From Eledone cirrhosa (taxonomy: Eukaryota), in NCBI GenBank assembly GCA_964016885.1, contig OZ024743.1, forward strand, positions 11,780,001 through 11,844,000: a DNA stretch of 64,000 bases. Reading direction: 5' to 3'. The notes under the pieces are model-generated. The model made no database searches. It had not been told where the DNA came from and saw only the letters and a program-made list of their open reading frames with translations. A program made the position numbers and the translations under genes. Below are positions 13,301 to 25,188 of the stretch, in pieces (position 1 is the stretch's first letter; the number at the start of each line of letters is the position of its first letter).

Positions 13301-14590
13301 CTTCCTCATTTCTAGTACCAAACCCATAGCCTCCATGGATTTCGTCGTAGCCGTCACAATGTTGTGCAACGTGACCATTTAGGTCGCCTGCGATAATTAT
13401 ATAGTCACTGTCGGATATTTGGGAGGTAGTTAGCATCAGTGTCTCATAGAATCTGTCTTTTATAGTGCCGGGCAGTCCGGATTGGGGTGCGTACGCAGAT
13501 ATTACTGTCACCGTAGTTCTATTGAGGACAAGTCGTATTTTAATTATTCTGTCGTTCACTCTATTTACGTCTATTATCTTATCTGCCCACTTTTCTGCTA
13601 CCATGATTCCTACTCCACCCAGCCCATCGTCGTTTCCCACCCAGAAAAGCTTATAACAACGTTTTTTACCCTCAATGAACCTAGCAGACCCACCCCTCCA
13701 CCTGGTCTCTTGAATACAACAAACATCGACCTCCTTACGTTCAAGCATTTCTACAACCTCGTTAGCGCGACCCTTTAGGGTGCCTACATTTATGGTACCA
13801 ACTCTGAAGTTTTGGATTGCGTTTGGGGGTTGGGGGCGGTGAGGGGCGGGGGGCGATGGGGTTATGTTAGCCGTCCGCGGTCGAAACAATGAGGAGTGCT
13901 CGCATTCTCGTCCAAGGGGTGAATTTGTCTTTATCTTTGGCATTGTCGCTGAGCGTCCAGATTTTTCTCTCTCACCTCCACTCTCCAGGATTCCGCAGTC
14001 CATCCATCCATCGTATATCGAAAGGCAACCAGGCAAGCGATAGTATAGGCCTCTGGTTTCTGATTGGTCCGCGTAATAATACTGGTGATGCGTGGGGGCT
14101 CTGTTTTATGATTGGTCCACGTAATAGCAATGGTGGTGTGTGGGGGTGGGAGGGAGGGGTGTTGGGTAGCTAGCAAGAAGGTAATGATTGAGTGGGGTCC
14201 ATGCATTTAACAAGCGATTAACAAAAATACAAAATTTGTTCTGTTAAATACGTCCAAAAACCTAACGTATTTAGCACTTAATAGAAACAGAAAATGTAGT
14301 TTGTTTTAGCGATAGATTGGCTATTTGGACTTGCTACGAAATATGGATTGTTTTGAAAATACGCTAGGAGAGAGAGAGAGAGAGAGATGAAGTCTGTACA
14401 TTACGTTTACATGAGTTTCGTTTGGACAGCAAGCAATGAAATGAAATTTGGCGAAGTGAATTCCTATCATATATTTATAGGGAGAGAGAGAGAGAGTGAG
14501 AGAGAGCGAGGGTAGGGGGCCACATGATGGCTGTGGGTGTTAGGCGTTTGACCGCCCCGTGCCTTCGAAGAAGGAAGAAGGAAAGGATTT

Positions 14591-14593
<3 letters not shown>
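10365..14593 (-). mobile_element. Full-length RTE-clade LINE inserted in (TA)n
   Basis: Single long ORF, 3' end ggacgttaaacgtt(gat)n, and (TA)n on both flanks. Confidence 0.9.
10773..14036 (-). CDS. RTE ORF: AP endonuclease, reverse transcriptase and PHD-like Cys-rich domain (up to 1087 aa; true start uncertain)
   Basis: APE motifs (NVGTL, IQETRW, GDLNGH, QVDY, SQH), RT motifs (DLEKAFD, HQGSVLSP, YADD) and CSVC..CPKC..HKRC..CGRC. No stop codons. Confidence 0.95.
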   Translation of the reverse strand: MPGCLSIYDGWMDCGILESGGEREKSGRSATMPKIKTNSPLGRECEHSSLFRPRTANITPSPPAPHRPQPPNAIQNFRVGTINVGTLKGRANEVVEMLERKEVDVCCIQETRWRGGSARFIEGKKRCYKLFWVGNDDGLGGVGIMVAEKWADKIIDVNRVNDRIIKIRLVLNRTTVTVISAYAPQSGLPGTIKDRFYETLMLTTSQISDSDYIIIAGDLNGHVAQHCDGYDEIHGGYGFGTRNEEGSRILEFCDANNLTICNTNFKKRDNHLITYRSGEHTSQVDYILTRRRDRVSVVNTKSLPHEECTSQHRLIISDLIVRTRRTRQQKRTILRRKIWKLKDPTARNKFQSILLDAFDSKEEHLESDNIEGEWEFLKANLLLATDEVCGWSRPVGRRRVTWWWNSKVEGSIKAKKQAWKVWRDGGSREDYQVARREARRQVYLARREAEERKFKHVLQRDDQKREVFRIARQCVKENRDIVGEKCVLNDDGTLAITDADKKVAWKCHYERLLNEENNWEKGSLPHIDPIEGPAVLVEGSIISKAIKDMKTGKAAGPSEIVAEMLKASGTVGHTMVTRIVNQVVQNGVVPKDWHSSIIVNCYKGKGDALDRSNYRGIKLIDQVMKVTERVIAQLIRERIDLDEMQFGFVSGKSTTDALFIVRQLQEKYLAKGKPLYLAFVDLEKAFDRVPRSIIWWALRKLGVDEWLVRAIQAMYKETVSKVRINNEYSEEFSVKVGVHQGSVLSPLLFIIALQAITEEFKTGCPWELLYADDLTLIAESMAELEKKFQTWKHGLESKGLKINLAKTKVLVCRKENKAAVPSGKWSCSVCRKGVGRNSILCPKCKVWVHKRCSGITGKLTKNIDFTCGRCSGAISSSKCPQTTSSFNCAEGSIEIVDSFRYLGDKISSGGGCSESTVARVRTGWKKFRELIPLLAAKGFSLKMKGRLYDACIRTAMLHGSETWALCAEDIRRLERNEACMLRWMCNSNIRERQSINELRNKLEIRGIRCCLLERRLRWYGHVMRMKVDSCITKCRAIKIDGSHGIGRPRKTWDELINSDITHLHLSKTMSLDRDLWRYSVTEKTRLT

Positions 14594-14639
<46 letters not shown>

Positions 14640-15140
14640 TTTAGTACAGCATTGACGAAGCTTTAGAATACGGCCAAGCTAGCATATATGCATAATCAGT
14701 CTGTAGCTTGAGCACTCGGATGAGAAAAGACCCCAGAGTAATAACATTACGTTCAGACAGCTTAGCAAATCAGATATAACGGTCGGCAGTCCAGCCGCAT
14801 TACTAGAGCAACGAAAATACAGGTCCCAGGAAAAGATTTTATACTGACCCGGACATAACGGTGAGGCTGAGTGTAAAATATATAACTTACATCGTATATT
14901 AACAATATAGATCACAATATCACATCCAACATCAACGCTAGGTTTCTGTAAATCCAAGATCGACAAATTCCTATTGCAGGAGTCTGCAATATAATGATTT
15001 TTGACGACAGAACATAGGATTTACTTCTTCAGCCATAGCGGGTATGTTGTAACTTTAAATGTCGCCACAGACACGTGGTTTACTCCAAGGGAGGTAACCC
15101 CCGCTTAGGCGGTGAATTCTAATTTGAGATAAAGGAATGA
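14640..15140 (+). mobile_element. Possible old LINE 3' remnant between TA tracts
   Basis: Contains CKSKIDKFLLQ, resembling the CR1/L2 C-terminal FK..LD.FL motif. Otherwise degraded. Confidence 0.3.
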
Positions 15141-15158
15141 ATATATATATATATATAT

Positions 15159-15548
<390 letters not shown>

Positions 15549-15897
15549 ATGTATGGATATATTTAATACATTTTTAATATATATTTAATATATTTAATAT
15601 TTTGAATTTTTGTGGCATGGCTTGTGCCGCTAATTTTTATTTCATCAAAAGTAATTAGTATTCAAAAAGTTAAATCTCTACATATTTATATTCTTGTGTA
15701 ACAAATATTTCATTCATTTTACATAAGACATATTCTTTTCTTCACTTCGGTGAAATATTTTATAATCCTAGAATATAGAAATAGATGTTACTGGACAATG
15801 GAATGTATATATCTTCATTTCATACCGAGACTTGATTCGTTGATTAGAATTGAAGCTTGACTTATAGTCTTATAGTTTCGAATTTGATATTAATAGA

Positions 15898-16441
<544 letters not shown>

Positions 16442-16445
<4 letters not shown>

Positions 16446-16649
16446 ATAACTAGAAATTGATTAACATAAATAAACATGAATAATCACAGGAGATAATTTT
16501 TACAAGTGTTAAGCACACAGCTATTTTTGAAGTTCTGGTTAACTTTATTTAGTTACCTACCTAGCTATGTGTGCTTACACACTTGTAAAAAATTATCTCC
16601 TGTGATTATTCATGTTTATTTATATGTTAATCAATTTCTAGTTATTATA
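16442..16649. repeat. Foldback/MITE-like inverted repeat (arms about 80 bp)
   Basis: tataataactagaaattgattaacata...cacaggagataattttt and its reverse complement. Confidence 0.85.
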
Positions 16650-16705
16650 AAATGCTCGGACCTATTCGTGAGAATCTTAGAGCTTATTTTGCGGGTGATA
16701 TGGCG

Positions 16706-17032
16706 TATAGCGAGGATACTGGGTTGTATGAATGTAACAATGGAGACATGGTTTGTGTGTATAATATTTAATTAACAATCTAACAGTATAGTTGACATGT
16801 CAATGAATAAACGAAAGAATGAAGCAAAGTTAGTAGTTACCGTTTTGATTGCCAGGCAAACGCGAGACGCCTGGCGAAGGCCAGGCGCCGGAAGGGCAAG
16901 TGAGAGGGAGAGAGCCGAAGGCTATTCGTTTTATAGGGCTCTGCCGGAAGTTACAGAAAGGGTTCTACTTCCCGTCTAGATGTTGTTAATCTATTGGGGT
17001 TGTGAGTCACAACAAGGGAGACAACCGCTACA
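16706..17032 (-). mobile_element. Solo LTR with 4-bp TSD GGCG
   Basis: Termini TATAGCG...CGCTACA, GGCG on both sides, homologous to the LTRs at 21207 and 23003. Confidence 0.9.
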
Positions 17033-17469
17033 GGCGTATGTCTTTCTGGCATGACACCCATAATTTTGATTATCTTAATTTTGGATATAGATATATAAAT
17101 ATATTTCCTCCCGTTTCGTTGGTAGTAGGGTTCTTTTTTCCTTTCTCACATCTCACTCACGTCGGACGGTCTGTATTCTGAACGCTCATGAAATTAACCC
17201 AGCTTATGCTGACCGGATAACCATGTTGCTTGTTTTTTTCCCTATCTTCGGTTTGCTTTTATCCTTCTATGTTGTTTACTTGTCTCACTCGCTTTACGCG
17301 ACTCACTTGTCCCAATAGCTTCTTTTAGTTATTGCTCGCACCAACCTGAGGTATATGATTTTTAATGCGATGAAATACCAATGATGGTTGGCAAATCACT
17401 GACGAGGGACTAATTTTATAATATGTAACCCATGTGCAACCACGCAGTATTCCCCTTTCTTCTCATGTG

Positions 17470-17536
<67 letters not shown>

Positions 17537-17539
<3 letters not shown>

Positions 17540-19099
17540 TCTTTTACTCTTTTACCTGTCCCAGCCATTCGGCTGAGGCCATGCTGGGGCACCGCCCTTG
17601 TTGCTACACATTTTATCTCCAGCCTGTATTGGTTGGCCACTGGTGCAAGAGGGAGTTTGTTGCTGCTGCCCTTAGATTTCCCTCGTGCCTTGCTGTGGGC
17701 TCATCCGGGATCCTGGATAGCAAGGTGTCGAGATGTTTCTTGAAGACATCCACCTCCACACCATGTAGATCTGTCAGATACTTTCGCACCACGCATTGAC
17801 GTCCTGTTCGAAGTTTTTGGCCTCCGCTTTGCTACCTCTATGGGTAGGGCATATTGTGCCTTCTTTCAGCTCCCTGGGTAGTATACCGCTAGCCAAGGAC
17901 CTTCTGAAGAGCGTCTTCAGTGGAGTTGCTAAGGCCCGCTTACATGTTTTTAAGAGGACTACTGGGAATCCATCAGGTCCAGCAGCTGAGTGTGTTCTAA
18001 TTTCATCTATGGCGTATACCACATCCTCCTCCGTTATGTCTATTTGGTTGATGGCCGCCATTTCTTCATGTAGTGTTGTGGCATCAAAGAACTCCTCTGG
18101 CTTTGTTATTTGCATGTGCCTCAGTGGACATGTGAACACACTTTTGTACTGTTCGTTCAGTATTTCACATATCTCTTGGGTATTCTCGGTTAATGAACCG
18201 TCTGAATGGAAGAGTGGCCCAATCTTGCAGTGTACCGAGGCAGTTTCTTTTGCAAATTTAAAGAAGGCTTTCGGGTTTGTTTTAATATTTTCTATGGCCT
18301 TGCTTTCTTTCTTTTCCCTCTCATTTTCATGAGAAAGTTCGAGTGCAATCTCGGTGTTAAGTAGTGCACGTTTCAAATAGGATTCTTTCTTGTTTTTGTT
18401 TTCTTACTGTGCATTCAACTGGTTTGAGAGCTTGGTTCTACGTCTCATAAGGATAGTCCTATCTCTGGGAATAAGAATTTTGTGTCTGTTTGCCTTTTTC
18501 TCTGGGACAAACATTTTGCATATAGTGTGTATCGTTGTCATGAAGTGTTGAAATTGTGTGTTGGTGTCTTGTGTGGCGGTGTTTTCGCTCCATATTTACT
18601 TCCGGATTTCTCTCTTAATCTTTTTCTTGATGGCTGTGTCTCTGTTGGTTCTCTCGGACCACATATCATTAGTTCTACTAAGTTATGATCCGAGAGAATT
18701 GTTGGTGTCACCTTTAAATTGTGGATGAGCACTTCGTTGTTTGTAAACAGAGCTCCAGGGCATTTTTGCCTCTTGTTGGGAGGAGTACTGCTTGTTCCAT
18801 GAACAGCCTGTGTGTGAGGGCCAGCAGGGATTCCGTCTGTCTCTATTCTATTGACGTCATTCCAGGGAGGAGGTGGCCCTCAGGCCATTTGACCTTTGGC
18901 AGGTTGAAGTCTCCCAGCAGTTGAATGTTGAGACCCTGGTCCAGTTTGTCAAGGACCTCTTCTATCCTACTGAGGCTATCCTCAAATTTACCCTCATGAC
19001 TGGGGGCATCAGGCGGCCGATATGTGACACATATTACTGTCTTTAGTTGCTTCATATGTACTATCAGTGTGACACAGACAGAGTTTGAATATGTAATAT
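17537..19099 (-). mobile_element. CR1-group LINE, 5'-truncated and internally deleted
   Basis: APE end (YRPP, LGDFNLP, LSDHN) and RT N-terminus (AAGPDG). The sequence then jumps to the C-terminal FKKHLDTLLSRIPDEP and a (GTAAAAGA)n tail. Confidence 0.85.
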
Positions 19100-19301
19100 G
19101 AAAAAGTATGACCCCGACGGCAGAGTTCAAGCCGTTTCGACGGCTATTTCTGGACTGAAATTTCTGGAGTCCAGAAATAGCCGTCGAAACGGCTTGAGCT
19201 CTGCCGTCGGGGTCATACTTTTTCCTATTACCCACTCTACTAAGTATTGAGTACTCTGGTACGTTATGGTCCATCTGGTTCCTTACCACATTTCCTTCGT
19301 T
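19100..19301 (-). repeat. About 200-bp element with terminal 57-bp-arm hairpin
   Basis: Arms at 19100-19156 and 19168-19224. Diverged homologs occur in the opposite orientation at 42635, 45476 and 48322. Confidence 0.85.
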
Positions 19302-19338
19302 ATATATATATATGTATATATATGTATAGATATGTGTG

Positions 19339-19384
<46 letters not shown>

Positions 19385-19385
19385 A

Positions 19386-19988
19386 GGTCACCAGTTGGTG
19401 CTACTGATAACATGTATCTCAGTACAACCTGTCACATGGTCGGGTCGTTGGCGACTAAACTGGCAACCCCAACAAGGTTTCTTGGTGAGGAGGGTGACTT
19501 TGGACATCCTGCAGGACTAAGAACAAAACCTGTCAAAGGGCAAAGGAGCTCTTAAGAGTCAATGACCATCCAAAATCACCGGGAGAGATGACCCCTTAGC
19601 CTTTGTCAAGGCAGAATTCTAGAAGGAAAACTCTGATATAACACCTGCAACCCTGATGGTATCCAATGATGTTGACTTGTTCTTCTTTTTAGTAAATAAC
19701 ATCTTGGTTAAGAGAGTGGGACTGGCTTTGTGCAGTGCCTTTGCTCACTATAAAAGCTTCACGGCACAGGCATTGCTTTATATCTGGAGATCTCTCTGCA
19801 CTTGTCGTCACATGGTACCATGAGCCCAGCACTATGTGTCAATAATTGTCACAGGTGTAGTGTTTGTACCAGAGTTTTCAAGTCGCTGGCTGGACTAAAA
19901 AGTCACACTCGTTCAGCGCATCGGTAGGGGTTCTCCTACAAGGATATAAAGTAGTGGCCGTACTCGAAAACGAGTTGGCAGCCACCAT
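19386..19988 (+). mobile_element. Bipartite non-autonomous RTE derivative (5' UTR plus last zinc finger and 3' UTR)
   Basis: Shares ccctagccttgtcaaggc..ttctag..gaagg with the 5' UTR at 24.9 kb, encodes CSVCTRVFKSLAGLKSH, and ends tggccgtactcgaaaacgag..gcagccaccat plus microsatellite. Confidence 0.8.
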
Positions 19989-20037
19989 ATATATATGTAT
20001 GTATGTATGTGTATGTATATGTGTATGTATGTATATG

Positions 20038-20068
<31 letters not shown>

Positions 20069-20097
20069 ATGTATGTATGTGTGTATATGTATGTATG

Positions 20098-20130
<33 letters not shown>

Positions 20131-20147
20131 GTATATGTATGTATATG

Positions 20148-20188
<41 letters not shown>

Positions 20189-21206
20189 GTATGTGTGTAT
20201 ATATATGTATGTATATATATAGATATATGTATGTATGTTTTCTCTTTCTCTTAATTTCGAGTATATTTTTTTGACCGGCCACCTTCCTGGTGGCAAGGTT
20301 GTAAAAGAAAAGAAATTGTCATCCCTTGAATCGCAAGAATGTTTTGCAATACATACATACATAAATAAAATGATTGTTTGTATGCTTCATATAATACTTT
20401 GTTAAGCTCGTAGCTCCACTGTGTACAACGGTTGTAATTGCGATTTGGTCGAAGGAGACTTGTACTTTTTGCCATGATGAGTTCGTCTATTCACTAATAT
20501 TTCGTATTTATTTTTCAAAATAGTCGATGATCTTCTTTAAAAGTTACGACAAAGTTCTGTCAGAATCAAATTTAAAGTTATTCACAGCTTGGGTAATATT
20601 TCTTTTCAGTTAGTTTTTAATTCTACAACTGTGTTTTAAACGTTGTTCTTGAATCGTTTGAATCGAGAACAAAAAGAACCGTTACTTAGTATATTCCTTT
20701 ATGAATGTAATATAATATAACAACGCTGTATTTATATGTTAAAGTTTATGTATCATTCATATAAATAGGTGTTCTACAACCTATTCACAACATATTCACA
20801 GTTCAAACACTTATATTTTTGTTTCTGAATCGAAAACGTTACTTGTATATTTCTTTATAAATGTAATATAACAACGTTGCATTTATATGTTAAAGTGTAT
20901 GTATCGTTCATATATCATAAGTGTATGAATCGTTCATATAAATAGGTGTTTTACAACACACTTACAGTTCAAACACTTATGTAGAATTATTGTATGTAAT
21001 CTTACCGCGTAATGTAGCTCAACTTTTTCCAATATATGGTATGTTGCCTTCATGTAAGCCGTAATTACACACGTTCGATTATCGGACACTGCCCACAACG
21101 GTCGCCATTTTATGTATGTATGTATGTATGTGTGTATGTATGTATATATATGTATATATGGATGTTTATATATGTATATATATATTTTACATTTTACATT
21201 TACTTA

Positions 21207-23370
21207 TATAGCGAGGATACTGGGTGTATGAATGTAACAAAACGAGACATTGTTTGTGTATATAATATTTAATTAACGGTAGATAGAATACTTGACATGT
21301 CAAAGATAGATGTTAGAATGAAACAAAGTTAGTAGTTACCGTTTTGATTGCCAGGCAAACGCGGCTGGCAGAGGGCGCCTGGCTAAGGCCAGGCGCCTGT
21401 TGGCCAAATTAATGGCAGAGCCAAATGAGAAGACTCTTGACCTGGTGCCGAAAAGGCAAAGAGAGAGAGGAAGCTTAAAGTTGTTAGTTTTATAGGGCTC
21501 TGACCGGAAGTCGTAGAAAGGGTCCCACCTCCCGTCTAGATCCCAATCAAAACAAGGGAGACAACCGCTACATAACCTCCCGCCAGAATTTTAGTGTATA
21601 AAAATCGAAATGAAAATATGTAGCAAGTTGGCGAGAATGTTGTAACAGGCATGAAAATTACGACAAAAGAATGTTTGGAAAAATCAATGATAGATATCAA
21701 GGTAGCCAACCGCTCTTGGCCAGAGAACGACTGGACATCCATCTATCCATCACCCAAAGATACAATGTAATAAAGTAAAAGTAATAGAAGAGCTCAAAGT
21801 TCAAAATATAGTTCACAGGTGTGCAATCACATGACAGAAAGTGTGTTCCAGAGAATGAATGCAGGTGGTTTCTGTTCTGTGGTATATCGTGAAATTTCCA
21901 ACCTCCGAATGGATTTTCTCACAGGAAGAGTGCTGCAAAAATGAATTCTCTGGCTTTGGTGAAGCTGTATTGATGTATTGCTGTTGCTGTTATATTGCTG
22001 TTGCTGCTGCTGTTGTCTCGCTGAGTGAGCGTATTCGGTGTTTAAATTCACAGTAAAAAAATTTTTTTTTAGAAAAAAATGAGTTGCGCAAAGTGCTAGA
22101 AATAGCAGCCGAAGTTGATGGTCGATGTTGAGAATGCGTTGACCTGGAAGGGTCAAGAGGCCAGCGACCAGAGAAATAAGCATTCTTAATAAATGCGCGG
22201 TTATCAACGGTAAATTTACATTGTAAATTTATAAACCGGCAAATAGAAGAATATAGCTTAAGGCTGAAGAATCCTTGGGGGAGAAATGCTATCTCTGGCG
22301 TGCGGCTGTCTGTGAGTAGAGACATCTCAGTGAATCGAGAATTTATGCTGCCTACACGTGCCAATACAAGGTTGAAAAAAAATATTTCTAACGCTCGAGA
22401 AAATGATAGTGCAATTTTGAAAGTGACAATGATGAAAAAGAAAGGCTTCAATCAGCATAATTATAGGTGTGAACTTTGGAAAAAAACAAAAAACTTGAAC
22501 GATGAAGAAAACGATGAACAAAAGGCAATGGTTCATCGAAAATAAATGTTCCTGTTGAAATGTTTTTTAAAGAATATCAAATTTCTTTTTTTTTTTGTGT
22601 GTTTTGAAAGAGTTCGTTGTAAGAAACGAGAAACATATATATATATCGTGAAATGTTTTTTTTTGTTTTGAAAGTGTTCGTTGTAAGAAACGAGAAACAT
22701 ATATATATATCGTGAAATGTTTTTTTTTGTTTTGAAAGTGTTCGTTGTAAGAAACGAGAAACATATATATATATATTGGTGAAATGCGACAGTTAATTGA
22801 TGCGTGAGAGAAAAAGTATGTCTGTGCGAATTCCACATGTGCGTGTGTGCGTGTCCTTGAGTATTTTCATAGTTTGTCGCTAAATTTGCTGTGTATTCGT
22901 AATGTTACTCACAAAACCAGATGTGCTATTTTTTTCTTTTTTTGAGGGGTGACCCTTATAGCGATGAACGGCTGCGTGTTCGTATCACGTCAGGGTTACC
23001 AATATAGCGAGGATACTGGGTGTATGAATGTAACAAAACGAGACATTGTTTGTGTATATAATATTTAATTAACGGTAGATAGAATACTTGACATGTCAAA
23101 GATAGATGTTAGAATGAAACAAAGTTAGTAGTTACCGTTTTGATTGCCAGGCAAACGCGGCTGGCAGAGGGCGCCTGGCTAAGGCCAGGCGCCTGTTGGC
23201 CAAATTAATGGCAGAGCCAAATGAGAAGACTCTTGACCTGGTGCCGAAAAGGCAAAGAGAGAGGAAGGAAGCTTAAAGTTGTTAGTTTTATAGGGCTCTG
23301 ACCGGAAGTCGTAGAAAGGGTCCCACCTCCCGTCTAGATCCCAATCAAAACAAGGGAGACAACCGCTACA
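21207..23370 (-). mobile_element. Non-autonomous LTR retroelement (Gypsy-like, tRNA-Trp PBS), TSD CTTA
   Basis: Near-identical LTRs at 21207-21572 and 23003-23370, CTTA on both flanks, PBS TGGTAACCCTGACGTGAT, purine-rich tract GGCGGGAGG, and no gag/pol. Confidence 0.92.
22595..22780. repeat. About 63-bp tandem repeat, about 3 copies, inside the LTR element
   Basis: gttcgttgtaagaaacgagaaacatatatatatat is repeated three times. Confidence 0.9.
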
Positions 23371-23914
23371 CTTACATCTCAATATAACATGGCTAAAATT
23401 CAAATTTTGCAAAGAGAAGAAAACGGTCAATTGAACTAGATACATCGCACTGTCCCCCGCCACCACAATAACGTCTACACTCTCTCCCCACCATCACATG
23501 TCATTACCCTATCTAGACTAAAGTCATCGACCTGTTGTCAAACTCTCTACTCTCTGTTGAATGTGTATATATATATATATGTATGTATATGTGTGTATAT
23601 ACATCACTCAGGCAAACGACCAGATTTCAACCCCAACATCTACAACAACAACACCGGCACTAATGTTTACAGCAACAACAGCTTCAGGATGAACTGAAAT
23701 GAACATTTACAACAACAACAACAACAACAGCGGCATCAAAAGATAAAAAAAAAAAGAAAGGGAAGGGAAAAAAAAGGAAAAAAAACAACTCAAAATAACA
23801 AAACACACACACACGCACACAACACAACAACATCAACTGCCACCACCACCACTACCGCCGCCGCCATCACCATCACCAGCCTTAAGACCGGGCCTTAAGA
23901 AAACAACTTTAATA

Positions 23915-24075
23915 ATAATTTTTCTGCTTTTGGCACGGATCCAGCGACTGGCTCAGCGCATCACTGGTACTCTCTTTTGTTGACTCCGTGGGGATGAAAG
24001 GCAAGGTTGACCTCGGCGGGATTTGAGGTCAGAGCGTGGAGGGCTGTGACTCTATGCTGTAAAGCAATTATAATA
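23915..24075 (-). mobile_element. SINE (diverged)
   Basis: ctggtac...ggatgaaaggcaaggttgacctcggcgggatttga. Confidence 0.65.
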
Positions 24076-24167
24076 ATACTGGACTGTAGTACGATCGGCT
24101 TCAACTATACAAACTCTTGAAAGTCAACAGTTGACATAATCTTGTAATCTTGTATCAGTAATGACGG

Positions 24168-24258
<91 letters not shown>

Positions 24259-24386
24259 AAAGTTTTATTTAAAATTGTTGGGTTACAACAAGTAAATATT
24301 TTATAACTGATATAAAGCACTCGACAAGTTTTTGGAGTAGATATACGATATTAAACAAATGGAAACTATATTTATAAAACCATATT

Positions 24387-24452
24387 TATTTCATTATACA
24401 TATTTCAGGGATACCATATTAAAAATATGGCATGCCTTCGTCAGATAAAATA
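24387..24452 (-). ncRNA. Minimal type I hammerhead ribozyme (mirror copy)
   Basis: Reverse complement of the motif at 24579-24644. Confidence 0.8.
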
Positions 24453-24578
24453 CAATATATAACCAGTTTTATAAATAATTTTGACGTACCATAAATATAG
24501 CGACCATTAAGGTAGGAGGCTTAATGGTCGCTATATTTATGGTACGTCAAAATTATTTATAAAACTGGTTATATATTG

Positions 24579-24644
24579 TATTTTATCTGACGAAGGCATG
24601 CCATATTTTTAATATGGTATCCCTGAAATATGTATAATGAAATA
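24579..24644 (+). ncRNA. Minimal type I hammerhead ribozyme
   Basis: Stem I TATTTTAT/ATGAAATA, core CTGACGA, stem II AGGCATGCCATAT/ATATGGTATCCCT, GAAA, and AUA cleavage triplet. Confidence 0.8.
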
Positions 24645-24685
24645 AATATGGTTTTATAAATATAGTTTCCATTTATTTAATATCG

Positions 24686-24725
<40 letters not shown>

Positions 24726-24849
24726 TGAGTAGAGTAGCGTGTGTGTGTTTGTTTGTATGTATGAGTGTTGCTGTGTGCGCGCATATGTATGCGCGTGTGT
24801 GTGTCGTACGTATAAGTGTCAATAAGTGATTTTTTTTTTTTTTTTTTTT

Positions 24850-25152
24850 GCGCGGGGACATAGAAATAATCGGGCTGGATGCCCGATCGCGCAGTTAAAC
24901 CACTGGGAGTGAAGAACCCCTAGCCCTTGTCAGGGCATTCTTCTAGGAGAAGGCATCTCAGGAAACTGGGTTAACTCCGACATAAAACCTGCGGTTCAGT
25001 AGTTACCGATGATGTTGATCTTTTCTTCTTTTCAGTTATAGCTACTGTCGCTCAGAGAGTGGGATTGGCTCAGTGCACAGTCTTTCCTCACTTTAAAAAT
25101 ATTCGTCACGCACAGGCATTGCACGAGTGCATTATAATTATTAATAGTGTAC

Positions 25153-25188
<36 letters not shown>

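Larger units (their letters stand above)
24341..24690. repeat. 171-bp-arm palindrome (inverted PLE pLTR-like)
   Basis: 24341-24511 is the reverse complement of 24520-24690, with an 8-nt spacer. Confidence 0.95.

Noticed and set aside
14515-14575. Possible twister ribozyme at the RTE 5' end (minus strand CGCCTAACAC)
   Set aside because: The P2 partner and the L4 UCCCAAGC-type loop are absent.
20251-20475. ORF resembling an R4/Dong-like N-terminus ([13 protein letters not shown])
   Set aside because: It is too short and isolated to support a call.
22595-22780. CRISPR-like repeats
   Set aside because: The intervening sequences are identical, the context is eukaryotic and there are no cas genes. 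It is a simple minisatellite.
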